DNA of 64,000 nucleotides. Source: an uncultured Halobacteria archaeon (GTDB lineage: Bacteria; Pseudomonadota; Gammaproteobacteria; UBA9214). Of the stretch, positions 27,724-51,165 are shown in pieces; within the stretch, counting starts at the first letter, position 1; each line of letters begins with the position of its first letter. A program made the position numbers and the translations under genes. Below the pieces are notes generated by a model. That model did no database searches. It was not told the origin of the DNA and saw nothing but the letters and a program-made list of their open reading frames with translations. The stretch covers positions 27,899 through 91,898 of the forward strand of contig CAVYIJ010000009.1 of NCBI GenBank assembly GCA_963768575.1, read 5' to 3'.

Positions 27724-28101
27724 ATGAACGCAAAAGCTGAAACAGGAGGTGGTGCGCTGGATAGAATCAAATTATGGGCGGGTGTTTTGATCCTGGCCAG
27801 TGCGATTTTTGCCTTTTACCATTTCGAGGACCAGATCCTGGTGGTGCGGGTGCTGGGATTGCTGGCGGCAACCGGTGTGGCGATTTTTATCGCGGCCCAG
27901 TCCAGTACGGGTAAAAGCATCATGGGATTTATCAGTGGTGCGCACAGTGAAGTGCGGCATGTTGTCTGGCCGACGCGCGCCGAGACCACGCAGACTACGC
28001 TGGCTGTGCTGTTCATAGTTTTATTGGTAGGTATCGCGCTTTGGTTGCTGGACATGCTCCTGCTGTCGGCGATCCAGACACTGACCGGACAAGGTGGCTG
28101 A
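27724..28101 (+). CDS. secE: Preprotein translocase subunit SecE
   Basis: [32 protein letters not shown]...; three TM; stop overlaps nusG region. Confidence 0.85.
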   Translation: MNAKAETGGGALDRIKLWAGVLILASAIFAFYHFEDQILVVRVLGLLAATGVAIFIAAQSSTGKSIMGFISGAHSEVRHVVWPTRAETTQTTLAVLFIVLLVGIALWLLDMLLLSAIQTLTGQGG

Positions 28102-28103
28102 CG

Positions 28104-28637
28104 ATGTCTTTGCAATGGTATGTGGTACACGCTTACTCGGGCTTCGAGAACCAGGTCAAGCGCGCCCTCGAGGAGCGTATTGCACGCGAGCACATGAACG
28201 ACTCCTTCGGCGATATCCTGGTGCCGACGGAAGAGGTGGTCGAGATGCGCGAGGGCTCGAAGCGGCGCAGCGAGCGCAAGTTCTTTCCGGGTTACGTGCT
28301 GGTGCAGATGGACATGAACGAGGACACCTGGCACCTGGTCAAGGATGCGCCCAAGGTGCTTGGATTTATCGGTGGCACGACTGACAAGCCGGCGCCGATC
28401 ACGCAGCGCGAGGCCGATGCAATCCTGCAGCGCGTGCAGGAAGGTGTCGACAAGCCGCGTCCGAAGGTGCTGTTCGAGGTCGGGGAAGTGGTGCGCGTGA
28501 CCGATGGTCCGTTCAACGATTTCAACGGCGTTGTCGAGGAAGTGAACTATGAAAAGAGTCGGCTGCGGGTCTCGGTACTGATCTTTGGTCGCTCGACACC
28601 GGTCGAACTCGAATTCGGCCAGGTGGAAAAGGCGTAA
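28104..28637 (+). CDS. nusG: Transcription termination/antitermination factor NusG
   Basis: [26 protein letters not shown]... KOW motif [21 protein letters not shown]. Confidence 0.95.
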   Translation: MSLQWYVVHAYSGFENQVKRALEERIAREHMNDSFGDILVPTEEVVEMREGSKRRSERKFFPGYVLVQMDMNEDTWHLVKDAPKVLGFIGGTTDKPAPITQREADAILQRVQEGVDKPRPKVLFEVGEVVRVTDGPFNDFNGVVEEVNYEKSRLRVSVLIFGRSTPVELEFGQVEKA

Positions 28638-28639
28638 AT

Positions 28640-28675
28640 CAAACGGGGTCTGACCCCATTTGATTTTTTAATTTA
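28640..28675 (+). terminator. Rho-independent terminator after nusG
   Basis: AATCAAACGGGGTCTGACCCCATTTGATTTTTT: GC stem + T-run. Confidence 0.6.
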
Positions 28676-28718
28676 CAGGGGAGCCGCAAGGCGTTCGCAC
28701 CCACAGGAGTTACACGAA

Positions 28719-29147
28719 ATGGCCAAGAAAATCGAGGCATACATCAAGCTGCAGGTTCCGGCGGGTGATGCCAATCCGAGTCCGCCTGTCGGTCCTGCAC
28801 TGGGCCAGCATGGCGTAAATATCATGGAGTTCTGCAAGGCCTTCAACGGCCAGACGCAGAAGGTCGAGAAGGGTCTCCCGATCCCGGTCGTGATCACGGT
28901 TTATAACGACCGCAGCTTCACCTTCATTACCAAGACGCCGCCGGCTTCGGTGCTGCTGAAGAAGGCGGCCGGTATCCAGAAAGGCTCAGGTGTCCCGAAT
29001 ATGGACAAGGTGGGTACGGTCACACGTGCGCAGCTGGAGGAAATTGCAACCACCAAGATGGCTGACCTGAATGCCACCGATATGGATGCAGCCGTACGTA
29101 TCATCGCCGGAAGTGCCCGCAGTATGGGCCTTGATGTAAAGGAGTAG
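28719..29147 (+). CDS. rplK: 50S ribosomal protein L11
   Basis: [43 protein letters not shown]. Confidence 0.97.
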   Translation: MAKKIEAYIKLQVPAGDANPSPPVGPALGQHGVNIMEFCKAFNGQTQKVEKGLPIPVVITVYNDRSFTFITKTPPASVLLKKAAGIQKGSGVPNMDKVGTVTRAQLEEIATTKMADLNATDMDAAVRIIAGSARSMGLDVKE

Positions 29148-29152
29148 GGACC

Positions 29153-29848
29153 ATGGCCAAACTGAGCAAGCGGGCGAAAGCCATCCAGGAAAAAGTAGAG
29201 CACGGCAAGCAGTACCCGATTGACGAGGCGCTCGGACTTTTGCGGGAACTGTGCACCACGAAGTTCAAGGAGTCCGTCGACGTCAGCGTCAATCTCGGCG
29301 TTGATCCGCGCAAGTCCGACCAGAATGTGCGCGGCGCCACGGTGCTGCCGAACGGCACCGGCAAGACCGTACGGGTAGCGGTATTTACCCAGGGGGCGAA
29401 TGCCGATGCGGCGAAGGAAGCCGGCGCGGATATCGTGGGCATGGATGACCTGGCGGAAGACGTGAAGAAAGGCATTATGGATTTTGACGTTGTGATTGCC
29501 TCACCGGATGCCATGCGTGTCGTCGGCAAGCTTGGCCAGATACTCGGTCCGCGCGGCCTGATGCCGAACCCGAAGGTCGGTACGGTAACCCCGGATGTGG
29601 CTACCGCCGTAAAAAACGCCAAGGCGGGCCAGGTGCGCTACCGCACCGACAAGGCGGGCATTATCCATTGCCCGATTGGCAGGGTTGATTTCGAGGTGAA
29701 TGCGCTGAAGGAAAACCTGGACGCCTTGCTGGCTGACCTGAACAAGGCGAAGCCGACGTCGGCCAAGGGTATTTACCTGAAGAAGGTGTCGATATCGACC
29801 ACCATGGGGCCTGGACTGCAGGTCGACCAGGCTACGCTGGATCTTTAA
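29153..29848 (+). CDS. rplA: 50S ribosomal protein L1
   Basis: [27 protein letters not shown]... Confidence 0.97.
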   Translation: MAKLSKRAKAIQEKVEHGKQYPIDEALGLLRELCTTKFKESVDVSVNLGVDPRKSDQNVRGATVLPNGTGKTVRVAVFTQGANADAAKEAGADIVGMDDLAEDVKKGIMDFDVVIASPDAMRVVGKLGQILGPRGLMPNPKVGTVTPDVATAVKNAKAGQVRYRTDKAGIIHCPIGRVDFEVNALKENLDALLADLNKAKPTSAKGIYLKKVSISTTMGPGLQVDQATLDL

Positions 29849-30216
29849 GGGCGGCGAGATACAGAATTACGTGATTAACCGGGGATCTCCCGGTACAGAA
29901 TTTAGCGGAGAGGCCTGGCAGCCTTTCCGGAAAAGGTTTGGCGCTGTTTGGTGCGGGATGAAGTGTTTCCCGGATCGGTGGCCGTCAAAGACCGCAGGCA
30001 GCCGACAGGGTTATCCCGGAGTCGGGTTTAATTGTTCCGTAGTGACGGGGCGGCCTGCGCAGAGGGTGCGCAGAATGACAGTCTTCGATGTGCAGGGATG
30101 TACGTATGTCGTGGTGTCTGAAAGCCACCAAACAGAGTGCACCGGTGAAATTGACCGGTGAATTGTAACTGGACGGGAATGCGTGCATTGCGTGTGTTCC
30201 CGATGAGGTAAATGCA
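29849..30216 (+). promoter_or_regulatory. rplJ leader (L10 autoregulatory leader region, ~370 nt untranslated)
   Basis: Long non-coding spacer between rplA and rplJ, conserved position of L10(L12)4-binding leader in proteobacteria. Confidence 0.5.
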
Positions 30217-30747
30217 ATGGCATTAACTTTTGAAGAGAAAAAGGCCGTTGTTGCTGAAGTGTCTGATGTTGCGAAGGGCGCTTTTTCAGCCGTTGCCGCC
30301 GAGTATTGCGGCCTGACGGTCGAAGAGCTGACCGACCTGCGAGTCAAGGCGCGCGAAGATAACGTTTATCTGCGTGTCGTGAAAAATACGCTGGCCCGTC
30401 GTGCCCTGGAAGATACCGACTTTGCATGCATGAGCGACAGGTTGACCGGACCATTGATCCTGGCATTTTCGCAGGAAGATCCGGGTGCGGCCGCGCGCGT
30501 GGCGAAGGACTTCGCCAAAACGCATGAAAAGTTCGAGGTCACCATGCTGTCCGTGGGTGGCGAGTTGCTGGAAGCGTCGGCTATCGACAAGCTTGCCAGC
30601 CTCCCGACCCGAGACCAGGCAATCAGTATGCTAATGGCGCTTATGTTGGCTCCGACGGAGAAATTCGTTCGTACGCTCAACGAGGTGCCGGGCAAACTGG
30701 TTCGCACGGTGGCGGCTATTCGCGATCAGAAACAACAAGCAGCCTGA
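30217..30747 (+). CDS. rplJ: 50S ribosomal protein L10
   Basis: MALTFEEKKAVVAEVSDVAKGAFSAVAAEYCGLTVEELTDLR. Confidence 0.97.
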   Translation: MALTFEEKKAVVAEVSDVAKGAFSAVAAEYCGLTVEELTDLRVKAREDNVYLRVVKNTLARRALEDTDFACMSDRLTGPLILAFSQEDPGAAARVAKDFAKTHEKFEVTMLSVGGELLEASAIDKLASLPTRDQAISMLMALMLAPTEKFVRTLNEVPGKLVRTVAAIRDQKQQAA

Positions 30748-30786
30748 ACCATTCACACATATGATTATTGATTAGGAGTATTTGTT

Positions 30787-31164
30787 ATGGCCGTTTCACA
30801 AGAAGAAATTCTGGAAACTATCTCGGCAATGTCGGTAATGGAGGTCGTCGACCTTATTTCCGCCATGGAAGAGAAATTCGGTGTATCCGCTGCCGCAGCT
30901 GTTGCAGTTGCACCGGCTGCGGGTGGTGGCGAGGCAGCTGCTGCTGAAGAACAGAGCGAGTTCGATGTGGTTATGTCCAGCTTCGGCGACAACAAGGTGT
31001 CGGTCATCAAGGCGGTTCGCGGTATCACCGGCCTGGGCCTGAAAGAGGCGAAAGAGATGGTGGAAGGCGTCCCTTCAACCGTGAAGGAAGCTGCATCAAA
31101 GGACGAAGCGGAAGCCGTCAAGAAGAAACTCGAGGAAGCCGGCGCTACCGCCGAGCTCAAGTAA
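30787..31164 (+). CDS. rplL: 50S ribosomal protein L7/L12
   Basis: [39 protein letters not shown]...ELK. Confidence 0.97.
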   Translation: MAVSQEEILETISAMSVMEVVDLISAMEEKFGVSAAAAVAVAPAAGGGEAAAAEEQSEFDVVMSSFGDNKVSVIKAVRGITGLGLKEAKEMVEGVPSTVKEAASKDEAEAVKKKLEEAGATAELK

Positions 31165-31365
31165 GTAGGTCGCAATCAATCCATTTGTGATTATTGCAAA
31201 CCTGGAATTACAGGACAGGCTGGTCGCAGATAATGCGTCCGGCCTGTGCCTGTCGTTTGAGAATACACGGGTGCCCTGCGCAAGAATGCAGGGCTCCTGC
31301 CTGTCCCGGTTGACTGAACGGCGGCGGCAAACAAATTCCTTCATCTTTATTGGAGAGGAAAACTG

Positions 31366-35613
<4,248 letters not shown>

Positions 35614-35692
35614 AACAGTAGCCAGTAACCGGTAGCCAGGCAAGCCTCGCAACCGTAACCGGCAACTCGATACTCCATTTACAGGAGAGACG

Positions 35693-39910
<4,218 letters not shown>

Positions 39911-39930
39911 CGCCCGGCGGAGCATCCCCC

Positions 39931-39975
39931 CGCGCCGCGATCGTGACGATTCCGGTTCACGGCGCGGCGCGGGGG
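39931..39975 (+). terminator. GC-rich inverted repeat downstream of rpoC (possible terminator/processing hairpin; no clear U-tract)
   Basis: CCCCCGCGCCGCG ... CGCGGCGCGGGGG arms. Confidence 0.35.
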
Positions 39976-40161
39976 CGTCGGGGCGTAACAAGGATTTGGG
40001 CCAAAAGAGACCGGTCCCCAAGGGGTTGCGCCCGGGATGCCGGCCTCCGGTGTTTTCTGCCTGCCGGTATCGAGTTCTGCGCCGGGGGCGCAATTTGCAG
40101 GCCCGCATCCCGGACAATAACGCGGCCCACGCAGTATGATGAGATTGTTTCTGATTCCAGC

Positions 40162-40190
40162 TTGACAGGGCGCTGCCCTGTTACTAGAAT
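40162..40190 (+). promoter_or_regulatory. Sigma-70 promoter of str operon (TTGACA-17-TAGAAT)
   Basis: cTTGACAgggcgctgccctgttacTAGAATtcc; consensus -35, 17-nt spacer, near-consensus -10. Confidence 0.65.
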
Positions 40191-40200
40191 TCCGCTTCTC

Positions 40201-40238
40201 TCGACAGGCCGGCCTTGCCGGCCTGTCGTTTGTTTTCA
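40201..40238 (+). promoter_or_regulatory. Leader hairpin + U-rich tract between str promoter and rpsL (possible attenuator)
   Basis: CGACAGGCCGGCcttGCCGGCCTGTCG perfect 12-bp stem followed by TTTGTTTTC. Confidence 0.4.
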
Positions 40239-40284
40239 TGACTTTAGAATTAATTCCCATTTCAAACTTCAGGGTTTAGGTTTA

Positions 40285-40659
40285 ATGGCAACAATCAATC
40301 AGTTAGTGCGCAAGCCGCGTTCCCGCAAGCGGGAAAAAAGTAATGTACCCGCACTGGAGGCCTGCCCCCAGAAGCGCGGTGTTTGTACGCGCGTGTACAC
40401 CACGACCCCGAAAAAGCCGAACTCCGCGTTGCGCAAGGTCGCCCGCGTGCGGCTGACCAACGGTTTTGAAGTAACCACATATATTGGTGGTGAAGGCCAT
40501 AACCTGCAGGAGCACTCGGTGGTGCTGATTCGCGGTGGCCGCGTGAAGGACTTGCCGGGTGTGCGTTATCACACCGTGCGCGGCAGTCTCGACACCTCCG
40601 GTGTCACCAGTCGTCGCCAGGGCCGATCCAAGTACGGCGCCAAGCGTCCGAAGTCCTGA
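40285..40659 (+). CDS. rpsL: 30S ribosomal protein S12
   Basis: [52 protein letters not shown]; start by codon arithmetic within ORF 39943-40659. Confidence 0.97.
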   Translation: MATINQLVRKPRSRKREKSNVPALEACPQKRGVCTRVYTTTPKKPNSALRKVARVRLTNGFEVTTYIGGEGHNLQEHSVVLIRGGRVKDLPGVRYHTVRGSLDTSGVTSRRQGRSKYGAKRPKS

Positions 40660-40682
40660 TACCCATTGAAACGAACGGATAG

Positions 40683-41165
<483 letters not shown>

Positions 41166-41207
41166 CACAGCAAACACCTTATTATATATACGATCCGGAA
41201 CAGAACA

Positions 41208-43307
<2,100 letters not shown>

Positions 43308-43340
43308 TTATTGAACTGACGAATAAAGAGGAAAACAGTC

Positions 43341-44531
43341 GTGTCCAAGGAAAAATTTGAGCGTACCAAACCGCATGTGAACGTAGGCACCATTGGTCAC
43401 GTTGATCATGGCAAGACGACGTTGACGGCGGCGATCACGAAGGTGATGGCGGAGCTGCAGGGTGGCGAGTTCAAGGCGTATGACCAGATTGACAATGCGC
43501 CGGAGGAACGCGAGCGCGGCATCACGATTGCGACGGCGCACGTGGAGTACGAGTCGCCGGCGCGTCATTACGCGCACGTGGACTGCCCGGGACACGCGGA
43601 CTACGTGAAGAACATGATCACGGGTGCGGCGCAGATGGACGGAGCGATCCTGGTGGTGAGTGCGGCGGACGGTCCGATGCCGCAGACGCGCGAGCACATT
43701 TTGCTGAGTCGTCAGGTGGGTGTGCCTTACATACTGGTATACATGAACAAGGCGGACCAGGTTGATGACGCCGAGCTGCTGGAGCTGGTGGAGATGGAGA
43801 TTCGCGAGCTGCTGGACTCCTATGATTTCCCGGGTGATGACACGCCGATCGTGACGGGTTCGGCGCTGAAGGCGCTGGAAGGCGACACCAGTGATATCGG
43901 TGTGCCGTCGATCGTGAAGCTGGTTGAGGAGATGGACAAGTACATACCGGAGCCGGAGCGGGCGATCGACGGTGATTTTCTGATGCCGGTTGAGGACGTA
44001 TTTTCGATTTCGGGTCGTGGCACGGTGGTGACGGGGCGCGTGGAGCGCGGCGTCGTCAAGGTTGGCGAGGAGCTGGAGATTGTCGGCATCAAGGACACGC
44101 TGAAGACGACGTGCACGGGTGTTGAGATGTTCAGGAAGTTGCTGGACCAGGGTCAGGCGGGAGACAACGTGGGTGTGTTGTTGCGTGGCACCAAGCGTGA
44201 AGAGGTGGAGCGTGGCCAGGTGCTGTGCAAGCCGGGGAGCATCAAGCCGCACACGAAGTTTGAGTGTGAGGTATACATTCTGAGCAAGGACGAGGGTGGT
44301 CGTCACACGCCGTTTTTCAGTAATTACCGTCCGCAGTTTTATTTTCGCACGACGGACGTAACGGGTGCGTGTGATTTGCCGGAAGGCGTGGAGATGGTGA
44401 TGCCGGGCGACAACATCAAGATGACGGTGTCGCTGATAGCGCCGATTGCAATGGAAGACGGACTGCGTTTCGCGATTCGCGAGGGTGGCCGTACCGTGGG
44501 CGCCGGCGTGGTGTCGAAGATCCTTGAATAA
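43341..44531 (+). CDS. tufA: Elongation factor Tu (copy A)
   Basis: 396 aa; identical to tufB product except D/E at one position (VDEMDKY vs VEEMDKY). Confidence 0.97.
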   Translation: MSKEKFERTKPHVNVGTIGHVDHGKTTLTAAITKVMAELQGGEFKAYDQIDNAPEERERGITIATAHVEYESPARHYAHVDCPGHADYVKNMITGAAQMDGAILVVSAADGPMPQTREHILLSRQVGVPYILVYMNKADQVDDAELLELVEMEIRELLDSYDFPGDDTPIVTGSALKALEGDTSDIGVPSIVKLVEEMDKYIPEPERAIDGDFLMPVEDVFSISGRGTVVTGRVERGVVKVGEELEIVGIKDTLKTTCTGVEMFRKLLDQGQAGDNVGVLLRGTKREEVERGQVLCKPGSIKPHTKFECEVYILSKDEGGRHTPFFSNYRPQFYFRTTDVTGACDLPEGVEMVMPGDNIKMTVSLIAPIAMEDGLRFAIREGGRTVGAGVVSKILE

Positions 44532-44570
44532 ACCTAACAGGGGACAGGTTTAAGCCTGTTCCCGGACTGA

Positions 44571-44888
<318 letters not shown>

Positions 44889-44901
44889 CCGGGATATAAA
44901 C

Positions 44902-45543
44902 ATGACTATCGGAATCGTTGGGCGCAAAGAGGGAATGACACGCATCATCAAGGATGACGGCGTCGCTGTGCCTGTTACAGTCATTTCGGTCGAGCCGAAT
45001 CGCATTACGCAGATGAAGACCATCGAAAATGACGGCTACCGTGCACTGCAGGTGACTACCGGCGCGCGCCGCGCGTCACGCGTTACGCGCCCGATGGCCG
45101 GGCATTTTGCAAAGGCCGGCACCGAGGCGGGACGCAAGGTCTGGGAATTCCGCCTTACGGAAGGTGAGGGTGAAGATCTGCAGCCGGGCAATGAAATCAA
45201 TGTCGAGATGTTCGAGGAAGGGCAGCACGTCGATGTGACCGGTACATCGATCGGCAAGGGATTTGCAGGTGTGATCAAGCGCTACAATTTCCGTATGCAG
45301 GACGCAACCCACGGCAACTCGATTTCGCATCGTGCGCCCGGTTCCATCGGCCAGTGCCAGACGCCCGGCCGTGTATTCAAGGGCAAGAAAATGTCCGGTC
45401 ATATGGGAAATGTCCGCCGCAGCACCCAGAACCTCGAAGTGGTTCGAGTGGATGCCGAGCGCAAGCTGTTGCTCGTGAAAGGCGCGGTGCCCGGGTCAAA
45501 GGGTGGCGATGTCATTATTCGCCCGGCAGTGAAGGCACGTTAG
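44902..45543 (+). CDS. rplC: 50S ribosomal protein L3
   Basis: [20 protein letters not shown]... Confidence 0.97.
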   Translation: MTIGIVGRKEGMTRIIKDDGVAVPVTVISVEPNRITQMKTIENDGYRALQVTTGARRASRVTRPMAGHFAKAGTEAGRKVWEFRLTEGEGEDLQPGNEINVEMFEEGQHVDVTGTSIGKGFAGVIKRYNFRMQDATHGNSISHRAPGSIGQCQTPGRVFKGKKMSGHMGNVRRSTQNLEVVRVDAERKLLLVKGAVPGSKGGDVIIRPAVKAR

Positions 45544-45550
45544 GAGCGGC

Positions 45551-46156
45551 ATGATGAAATTGCAGTTACAAGGTTCCGGTTCCGTCAGCGTCTCTGACGA
45601 AAACTTTGGACAGGCATTCAGGGAAGCGCTGGTTCACCAGGTCGTGACCGCCTGCATGGCGGCAAACCGTGCCGGCACGTCGCAGCAGAAGACGCGTTCA
45701 CAGGTCAGTGGAGGCGGCGTCAAGCCGTGGCGGCAGAAAGGTACCGGCCGCGCCCGTGCCGGAACGATCCGCAGCCCGATCTGGCGTGGAGGCGGCGCGA
45801 CGTTTGCGTCGACGCCGCGTGATTATGCGCAGAAGATCAACCGCAAGATGTACCGTGCTGCGATGCGTTCGATCCTGTCCGAACTGGTGCGCCAGGACAG
45901 GCTGGTGGCGATCGACAAGTTCGCTGTCGATGCGCCCAGGACAAAAGAGCTTGCCGGCAAACTTGCCGGTCTTGGCCTCGATAATGTCCTGATTATCAGC
46001 GACCAGCCGGATGACAACCTGTACCTGGCGGCCCGCAACCTGCCGCGCGTGGCTGTCTGTGACGTTGCAGGAGCAGACCCGGTCAGCCTGATCGGTTTCG
46101 AGAAAGTGCTGGTGACCGCAGAAGCCCTGAAACAACTGGAGGAGCGGCTCGCATGA
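45551..46156 (+). CDS. rplD: 50S ribosomal protein L4
   Basis: 201 aa; ...[30 protein letters not shown]. Confidence 0.96.
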   Translation: MMKLQLQGSGSVSVSDENFGQAFREALVHQVVTACMAANRAGTSQQKTRSQVSGGGVKPWRQKGTGRARAGTIRSPIWRGGGATFASTPRDYAQKINRKMYRAAMRSILSELVRQDRLVAIDKFAVDAPRTKELAGKLAGLGLDNVLIISDQPDDNLYLAARNLPRVAVCDVAGADPVSLIGFEKVLVTAEALKQLEERLA

Positions 46157-46449
46157 ACCAGGAAAGATTGATGAATATACTGCTGGCGCCGATCGTGTCG
46201 GAAAAGAGCAGCCGTATAGCAGATGAAAGCCGGCAGTACGTTTTCAGGGTAATGAAGGATGCCAGCAAGCCGGAAGTGAGAAAGGCTGTTGAGTTGATGT
46301 TTGACGTAAAGGTAGACAGCGTACAAATCAGCAATATGCGCGGCAAGGTAAAGGCGCATGGACGTTCCGTCGGCCGTCGTTCAGACTGGAAGAAGGCCTA
46401 TGTCAAGTTGTCAGAAGGCCACGATATCGATTTTATGGGAGCAGAGTAA
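46153..46449 (+). CDS. rplW: 50S ribosomal protein L23
   Basis: [33 protein letters not shown]. Confidence 0.96.
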   Translation: MNQERLMNILLAPIVSEKSSRIADESRQYVFRVMKDASKPEVRKAVELMFDVKVDSVQISNMRGKVKAHGRSVGRRSDWKKAYVKLSEGHDIDFMGAE

Positions 46450-46490
46450 CCGGCGGTTGACGCCTGGTACTTGCTGCAGGGAATACTGAG

Positions 46491-47318
46491 ATGCCACTTG
46501 TTAAGTCAAAACCAACATCGCCGGGCCGCCGGTTTGTAGTCGGCGTTTCCACGCCCGGGCTGCATAAGGGCAAGCCGCATTCGGCGCTGGTCAGCGCCAA
46601 GTCGAAGACGGGCGGCCGCAATAATGGCGGGCGTATTACCACGCGTCATCGTGGTGGCGGCCATAAACAGCGTTACCGGCAGGTTGATTTCAAGCGTAAC
46701 AAGACCGGTATTCCGGCGAAAGTGGAGCGCATCGAATACGATCCCAACCGATCGGCCCACCTGGCGCTGCTGTTATACGCGGATGGTGAGCGCCGCTACA
46801 TCCTGGCGCCGAAAGGTGTGAAAGCGGGAGATGAAATTCGCAACGGCAGTGATGCACCGATCAAGGCCGGTAATGCTATGCCGATGCGCAATATCCCGGT
46901 TGGCACGCTGGTTCACAACATTGAAATGAAGCCGGGCAAGGGCGGCCAGATGGCCCGCAGTGCCGGTAACAGTGCCCAGCTCGTTGCGCGAACCGCCGAG
47001 CATGCGACGTTGCGGTTGCGCTCCGGGGAAATGCGTAAAATACTGGCTGATTGCATCGCCACAATTGGCGAGGTCGGCAACGTCGAACATGGCCTGCGGT
47101 CGCTCGGCAAGGCAGGGGCAGCGCGCTGGCGCGGTCGTCGCCCGACGGTGCGTGGCGTTGCCATGAATCCGGTTGACCACCCGCATGGTGGCGGCGAAGG
47201 CCGTACCTCCGGCGGCCGTCATCCCGTGAGTCCGTGGGGCACGCCGGCCAAGGGTTATCGCACGCGCAGTAACAAGCGCACCGATGGCATGATCGTTAGA
47301 CGCCGTAACAAGAAATAG
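46491..47318 (+). CDS. rplB: 50S ribosomal protein L2
   Basis: 275 aa; [23 protein letters not shown] motifs. Confidence 0.97.
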   Translation: MPLVKSKPTSPGRRFVVGVSTPGLHKGKPHSALVSAKSKTGGRNNGGRITTRHRGGGHKQRYRQVDFKRNKTGIPAKVERIEYDPNRSAHLALLLYADGERRYILAPKGVKAGDEIRNGSDAPIKAGNAMPMRNIPVGTLVHNIEMKPGKGGQMARSAGNSAQLVARTAEHATLRLRSGEMRKILADCIATIGEVGNVEHGLRSLGKAGAARWRGRRPTVRGVAMNPVDHPHGGGEGRTSGGRHPVSPWGTPAKGYRTRSNKRTDGMIVRRRNKK

Positions 47319-47335
47319 AGACTGAGGACTTAACC

Positions 47336-47608
47336 GTGGCACGTTCAATCAGAAAGGGACCGTTTATCGATACTCACCTGCAGAAAAAGGTGGAGAAGGC
47401 GGTTGCGGAAAACAACAAGCGTCCGATCAAGACCTGGTCGCGCCGTTCGATGGTGCTGCCCGAGATGGTTGGCCTGACGATCGCTGTACATAACGGCCGT
47501 CAGCACGTGCCGGTCCTGATCAATGAAAACATGGTCGGCCACAAGTTGGGCGAGTTTGCCCTGACGCGTACCTTCAAGGGTCACGTTGGCGACCGGAAAG
47601 CGAAGTAA
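47336..47608 (+). CDS. rpsS: 30S ribosomal protein S19
   Basis: [20 protein letters not shown]... Confidence 0.97.
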   Translation: MARSIRKGPFIDTHLQKKVEKAVAENNKRPIKTWSRRSMVLPEMVGLTIAVHNGRQHVPVLINENMVGHKLGEFALTRTFKGHVGDRKAK

Positions 47609-47620
47609 GAGGATAGTCTG

Positions 47621-47950
47621 ATGCAGGTCAGCGCAACATTGAAACAAGTACATATTTCGCCACAGAAATGCCGTCTGGTCGCTGACCAGGTGCGCGGCAT
47701 GCCGGTTGAGAAGGCGCTCAACCTGCTGACCTACAGTCAGAAGAAATCGGCCGAACTGGTTCGCAAGGTGCTGGAGTCCGCAATTGCGAATGCCGAGCAT
47801 AACGAGGGCGCCGATATCGATGAACTGAAAGTGGCGGCCATTTATGTGAACGAAGCACGCACCATGAAACGCTTTCGTGCACGTGCCAAGGGCCGTGGTA
47901 CACGAATTCTGAAACGCAGCAGTCACATCACCGTAACCGTTGCTGATTAA
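47621..47950 (+). CDS. rplV: 50S ribosomal protein L22
   Basis: 109 aa; ...[25 protein letters not shown]. Confidence 0.96.
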   Translation: MQVSATLKQVHISPQKCRLVADQVRGMPVEKALNLLTYSQKKSAELVRKVLESAIANAEHNEGADIDELKVAAIYVNEARTMKRFRARAKGRGTRILKRSSHITVTVAD

Positions 47951-47975
47951 CAACCAGGCAGAGGCATAAAAGAGA

Positions 47976-48653
47976 ATGGGTCAGAAAGTACATCCAACAG
48001 GAATCAGGCTGGGCATCGTCAAGGACTGGACGTCCACGTGGTATGCCGACTCGGATAATTTTGCCGATTACCTGAATATGGATCTCGAAATCCGTGCTTA
48101 CATCAAGAAGCGCCTGTCGCAGGCCTCGGTGAGCCGCATTCAGATCGCGCGTCCTGCATCCAATGCAGTGATTACTATCAATACTGCGCGTCCGGGTATC
48201 GTTATCGGCAAGAAAGGCGAGGATATAGACCGGCTGAGAAAGGAAGTTTCCGAGCGCATGGGTGTCCCGGTAAGCATAAATATCGAGGAAATCCGCAAGC
48301 CGGAGCTGGATGCAACCCTGGTTGCGGAAAGCGTGGCGCAACAGCTGGAGCGCCGTATAATGTTCCGCCGCGCCATGAAGCGTGCCGTGAGCAATTCAAT
48401 GCGTATAGGCGCACAGGGAATCAAGATCAAGGTTGGCGGGCGCCTGAACGGTGCGGAGATTGCCCGTAGCGAGTGGTACCGCGAAGGACGGGTGCCGCTG
48501 CACACTTTACGTGCCGACATCGATTACGGTACCGCGGAAGCCAGCACTACCTATGGAGTGATTGGCGTCAAGGTGTGGATATTCAAGGGTGAAATCATCG
48601 GCAAGGCCGAGGAGCCCGAGGCCGAAACACCACGCAAGACGGCAGCTTCCTGA
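47976..48653 (+). CDS. rpsC: 30S ribosomal protein S3
   Basis: [24 protein letters not shown]... Confidence 0.97.
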   Translation: MGQKVHPTGIRLGIVKDWTSTWYADSDNFADYLNMDLEIRAYIKKRLSQASVSRIQIARPASNAVITINTARPGIVIGKKGEDIDRLRKEVSERMGVPVSINIEEIRKPELDATLVAESVAQQLERRIMFRRAMKRAVSNSMRIGAQGIKIKVGGRLNGAEIARSEWYREGRVPLHTLRADIDYGTAEASTTYGVIGVKVWIFKGEIIGKAEEPEAETPRKTAAS

Positions 48654-48678
48654 TTACAGGCAAGCGCGGAGAGCATTC

Positions 48679-49092
48679 ATGTTACAGCCAAAGAGAACAA
48701 AATTTCGCAAGCAGCAGAAGGGCCGCAATCGTGGTCTTGCGCAGCGCGGCAGCAAGGTCAGCTTCGGCGAGTACGGCCTGAAGGCGACTGACCGTGGCCG
48801 CATGACTGCACGCCAGATCGAGGCTGCACGCCGTACCATTACGCGCCACGTCAAGCGCGGTGGAAAGATCTGGATTCGCGTATTCCCGGATGTGCCGATC
48901 ACCAAGAAGCCGATCGAGGTTCGCCAGGGCAAGGGCAAGGGTAATGTCGAATACTGGATTGCCCAGATACAGCCGGGTCGCATGTTGTATGAAATCGAGG
49001 GCGTATCGGAAGAGGTTGCCCGTGAGGCATTCAAGCTGGCAGCTGCAAAACTGCCTTTCAGGACAAAATTCATAGCACGGACATTATTGTGA
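48679..49092 (+). CDS. rplP: 50S ribosomal protein L16
   Basis: [21 protein letters not shown]...; internal Met of ORF 48562-49092 chosen by homology. Confidence 0.96.
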   Translation: MLQPKRTKFRKQQKGRNRGLAQRGSKVSFGEYGLKATDRGRMTARQIEAARRTITRHVKRGGKIWIRVFPDVPITKKPIEVRQGKGKGNVEYWIAQIQPGRMLYEIEGVSEEVAREAFKLAAAKLPFRTKFIARTLL

Positions 49093-49295
49093 TGAACGCC
49101 CAGGAACTTAGATCAAAGACGGTCAGCGAGCTCAGGATAGAGCTGCATAATCTGCTGCGCGAAAAATTCAGTCTCAGCATGCAACGTGGTACCGGACAGT
49201 TGTCCCGTCCAGACCAGGTCAAAAAGGTTCGCAAGGATATTGCACGCATTAATACCGTATTGACCGAAAAAGAAAAGGCGAGTGACGCATTATGA
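49089..49295 (+). CDS. rpmC: 50S ribosomal protein L29
   Basis: 68 aa; overlaps rplP stop (ATGA). Confidence 0.95.
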   Translation: MMNAQELRSKTVSELRIELHNLLREKFSLSMQRGTGQLSRPDQVKKVRKDIARINTVLTEKEKASDAL

Positions 49296-49552
49296 GTGAA
49301 ACGACACAGGCAGCGCGTACGGTCACCGGCAGGGTGGTCAGCAACAAGATGGACAAGTCCGCCACCGTGCTGATCGAGCGCAAGGTAAAGCATCCGGTCT
49401 ACGGCAAGTATATTCGCCGCTCCACAAAGCTGCATATCCATGATGCAGAGAATGTCTGCAATGAGGGCGACCTGGTGTCCATAGAACAGTGTCGTCCGCT
49501 TTCGAAAACCAAGTCATGGAAACTGGTTGAGGTTATCGGGCACAGCGAGTAG
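49292..49552 (+). CDS. rpsQ: 30S ribosomal protein S17
   Basis: ...[32 protein letters not shown]... Confidence 0.96.
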   Translation: MSETTQAARTVTGRVVSNKMDKSATVLIERKVKHPVYGKYIRRSTKLHIHDAENVCNEGDLVSIEQCRPLSKTKSWKLVEVIGHSE

Positions 49553-49591
49553 CGGTCCCGGTTGGCATAACGAGATAAATGGAATAACAGC

Positions 49592-49960
49592 ATGATACAG
49601 ATGCAGACAATGCTTGATGTGGCGGACAACAGCGGCGCGCGCCGACTGATGTGCATCAAGGTATTGGGTGGTTCGCACCGCCGCTATGCGCGTATAGGCG
49701 ACATTATCAAGGTCAGCGTCAAGGAAGCGATTCCGCGCGGCAAGGTAAAAAAAGGCGAGGTTTATAACGCGGTTGTGGTGCGGACTCGCAAGGGCGTGCG
49801 TCGCCCGGACGGTTCCCTGATACGTTTTGATGGTAATGCAGCTGTTCTGCTCAATACGCAGCTGCAGCCGATCGGGACACGTATTTTCGGCCCGGTAACC
49901 CGTGAGTTGCGCAGCGAACGTTTCATGAAGATTATTTCGCTGGCACCTGAAGTTCTGTAG
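49592..49960 (+). CDS. rplN: 50S ribosomal protein L14
   Basis: [28 protein letters not shown]... Confidence 0.97.
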   Translation: MIQMQTMLDVADNSGARRLMCIKVLGGSHRRYARIGDIIKVSVKEAIPRGKVKKGEVYNAVVVRTRKGVRRPDGSLIRFDGNAAVLLNTQLQPIGTRIFGPVTRELRSERFMKIISLAPEVL

Positions 49961-49969
49961 GAAGAGACC

Positions 49970-50287
49970 ATGAACAGGATCAAGAAGGGCGATGACGTTA
50001 TCGTGATCGCAGGTAAAGACAAGGGCAAGCGCGGCAGCGTGCTAAATGTGCTGGCGGATGGTCGCCTGGTAGTGGCGGATGTCAACATGGCAAAGCGCCA
50101 CACCAAGCCAAACCCGAACCGTGGTGTGCCGGGCGGTATTATTGAAAAGGAAATGCCGATTGACCCGTCCAATATCATGTTGTTCAACCCGCAGACCGAG
50201 AAAGGCGACAGGATCGGGTTCAGGATACTGGAAGATGGTCGCAAGGTGCGTTATTACAAGTCCACAGACGAAGTTGTGGACGTCTGA
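49970..50287 (+). CDS. rplX: 50S ribosomal protein L24
   Basis: ...[22 protein letters not shown]... Confidence 0.96.
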   Translation: MNRIKKGDDVIVIAGKDKGKRGSVLNVLADGRLVVADVNMAKRHTKPNPNRGVPGGIIEKEMPIDPSNIMLFNPQTEKGDRIGFRILEDGRKVRYYKSTDEVVDV

Positions 50288-50304
50288 TCGAACGGTAAAC
50301 AGAT

Positions 50305-50844
50305 ATGACCAGGTTAAAAAACTATTACACTGAATCAGTCGTTGGGCAGCTCAAGGAGCAGTTCGATTACAAGAATCCCATGGAGATCCCGAAGATCACC
50401 AAGATCACCCTGAACATGGGTGTCGGTGAGGCTGTTGCCGACCGCAAGGTCATGGAACATGCCGTCAGTGATATGACCAAGATTGCCGGCCGGAAACCGA
50501 TTGTGATCAAGGCGCGCAAGTCGGTTGCCGGTTTCAAGCTGCGTGAAGGCTGGCCGGTTGGCTGCAAGGTAACCCTGCGCCGTGAGCAAATGTATGAATT
50601 CCTGGACCGCCTGATCAATATAGCCATACCGCGTATCCGGGATTTCCGCGGGATGAATCCGAAGGCCTTCGACGGACGCGGCAATTACAACATGGGCGTG
50701 AAGGAACAGATAATTTTCCCGGAAATCGATTACGACAAGATCGACGAGCTGCGCGGGATGGACATTACATTTACAACAACTGCCAAAACGGATGAAGAAG
50801 GGCGCGCGCTGCTGGCTGCGTTCAATTTCCCGTTCAGGCAATGA
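50305..50844 (+). CDS. rplE: 50S ribosomal protein L5
   Basis: 179 aa; ...[20 protein letters not shown]... Confidence 0.97.
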   Translation: MTRLKNYYTESVVGQLKEQFDYKNPMEIPKITKITLNMGVGEAVADRKVMEHAVSDMTKIAGRKPIVIKARKSVAGFKLREGWPVGCKVTLRREQMYEFLDRLINIAIPRIRDFRGMNPKAFDGRGNYNMGVKEQIIFPEIDYDKIDELRGMDITFTTTAKTDEEGRALLAAFNFPFRQ

Positions 50845-50853
50845 GGTAGGAGC

Positions 50854-51159
50854 ATGGCCAAGAGTTCAATGATCGCCCGCGAGCACAAGCGTACCCGGGC
50901 CGTTAAAAGATATGCCGCCAGGCGTGCTGAACTGAAGGCGCTCATCAAGAGCCCTTCCAGTTCCTATGATGAGCGATATGCGGCGCAGTTGAAGCTGCAG
51001 GAGCAGCCGCGTGACGCCAGTCCTGTGCGCGGACGCAACCGCTGCCGCGTGACTGGCAGGCCGCATGGCTATTACCGTAAATTCGGACTTTCCAGAAACA
51101 AGCTGCGTGAGGCCGCCATGCGTGGCGACATCCCGGGGCTGATCAAGGCAAGCTGGTAA
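50854..51159 (+). CDS. rpsN: 30S ribosomal protein S14
   Basis: [13 protein letters not shown]...[21 protein letters not shown]. Confidence 0.96.
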   Translation: MAKSSMIAREHKRTRAVKRYAARRAELKALIKSPSSSYDERYAAQLKLQEQPRDASPVRGRNRCRVTGRPHGYYRKFGLSRNKLREAAMRGDIPGLIKASW

Positions 51160-51165
51160 ACTATC

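Noticed and set aside
26318-27733. 471-aa minus-strand ORF overlapping tufB (and twin at 43308-44306 overlapping tufA)
   Set aside because: Antisense shadow of EF-Tu; duplicated only because tuf itself is duplicated
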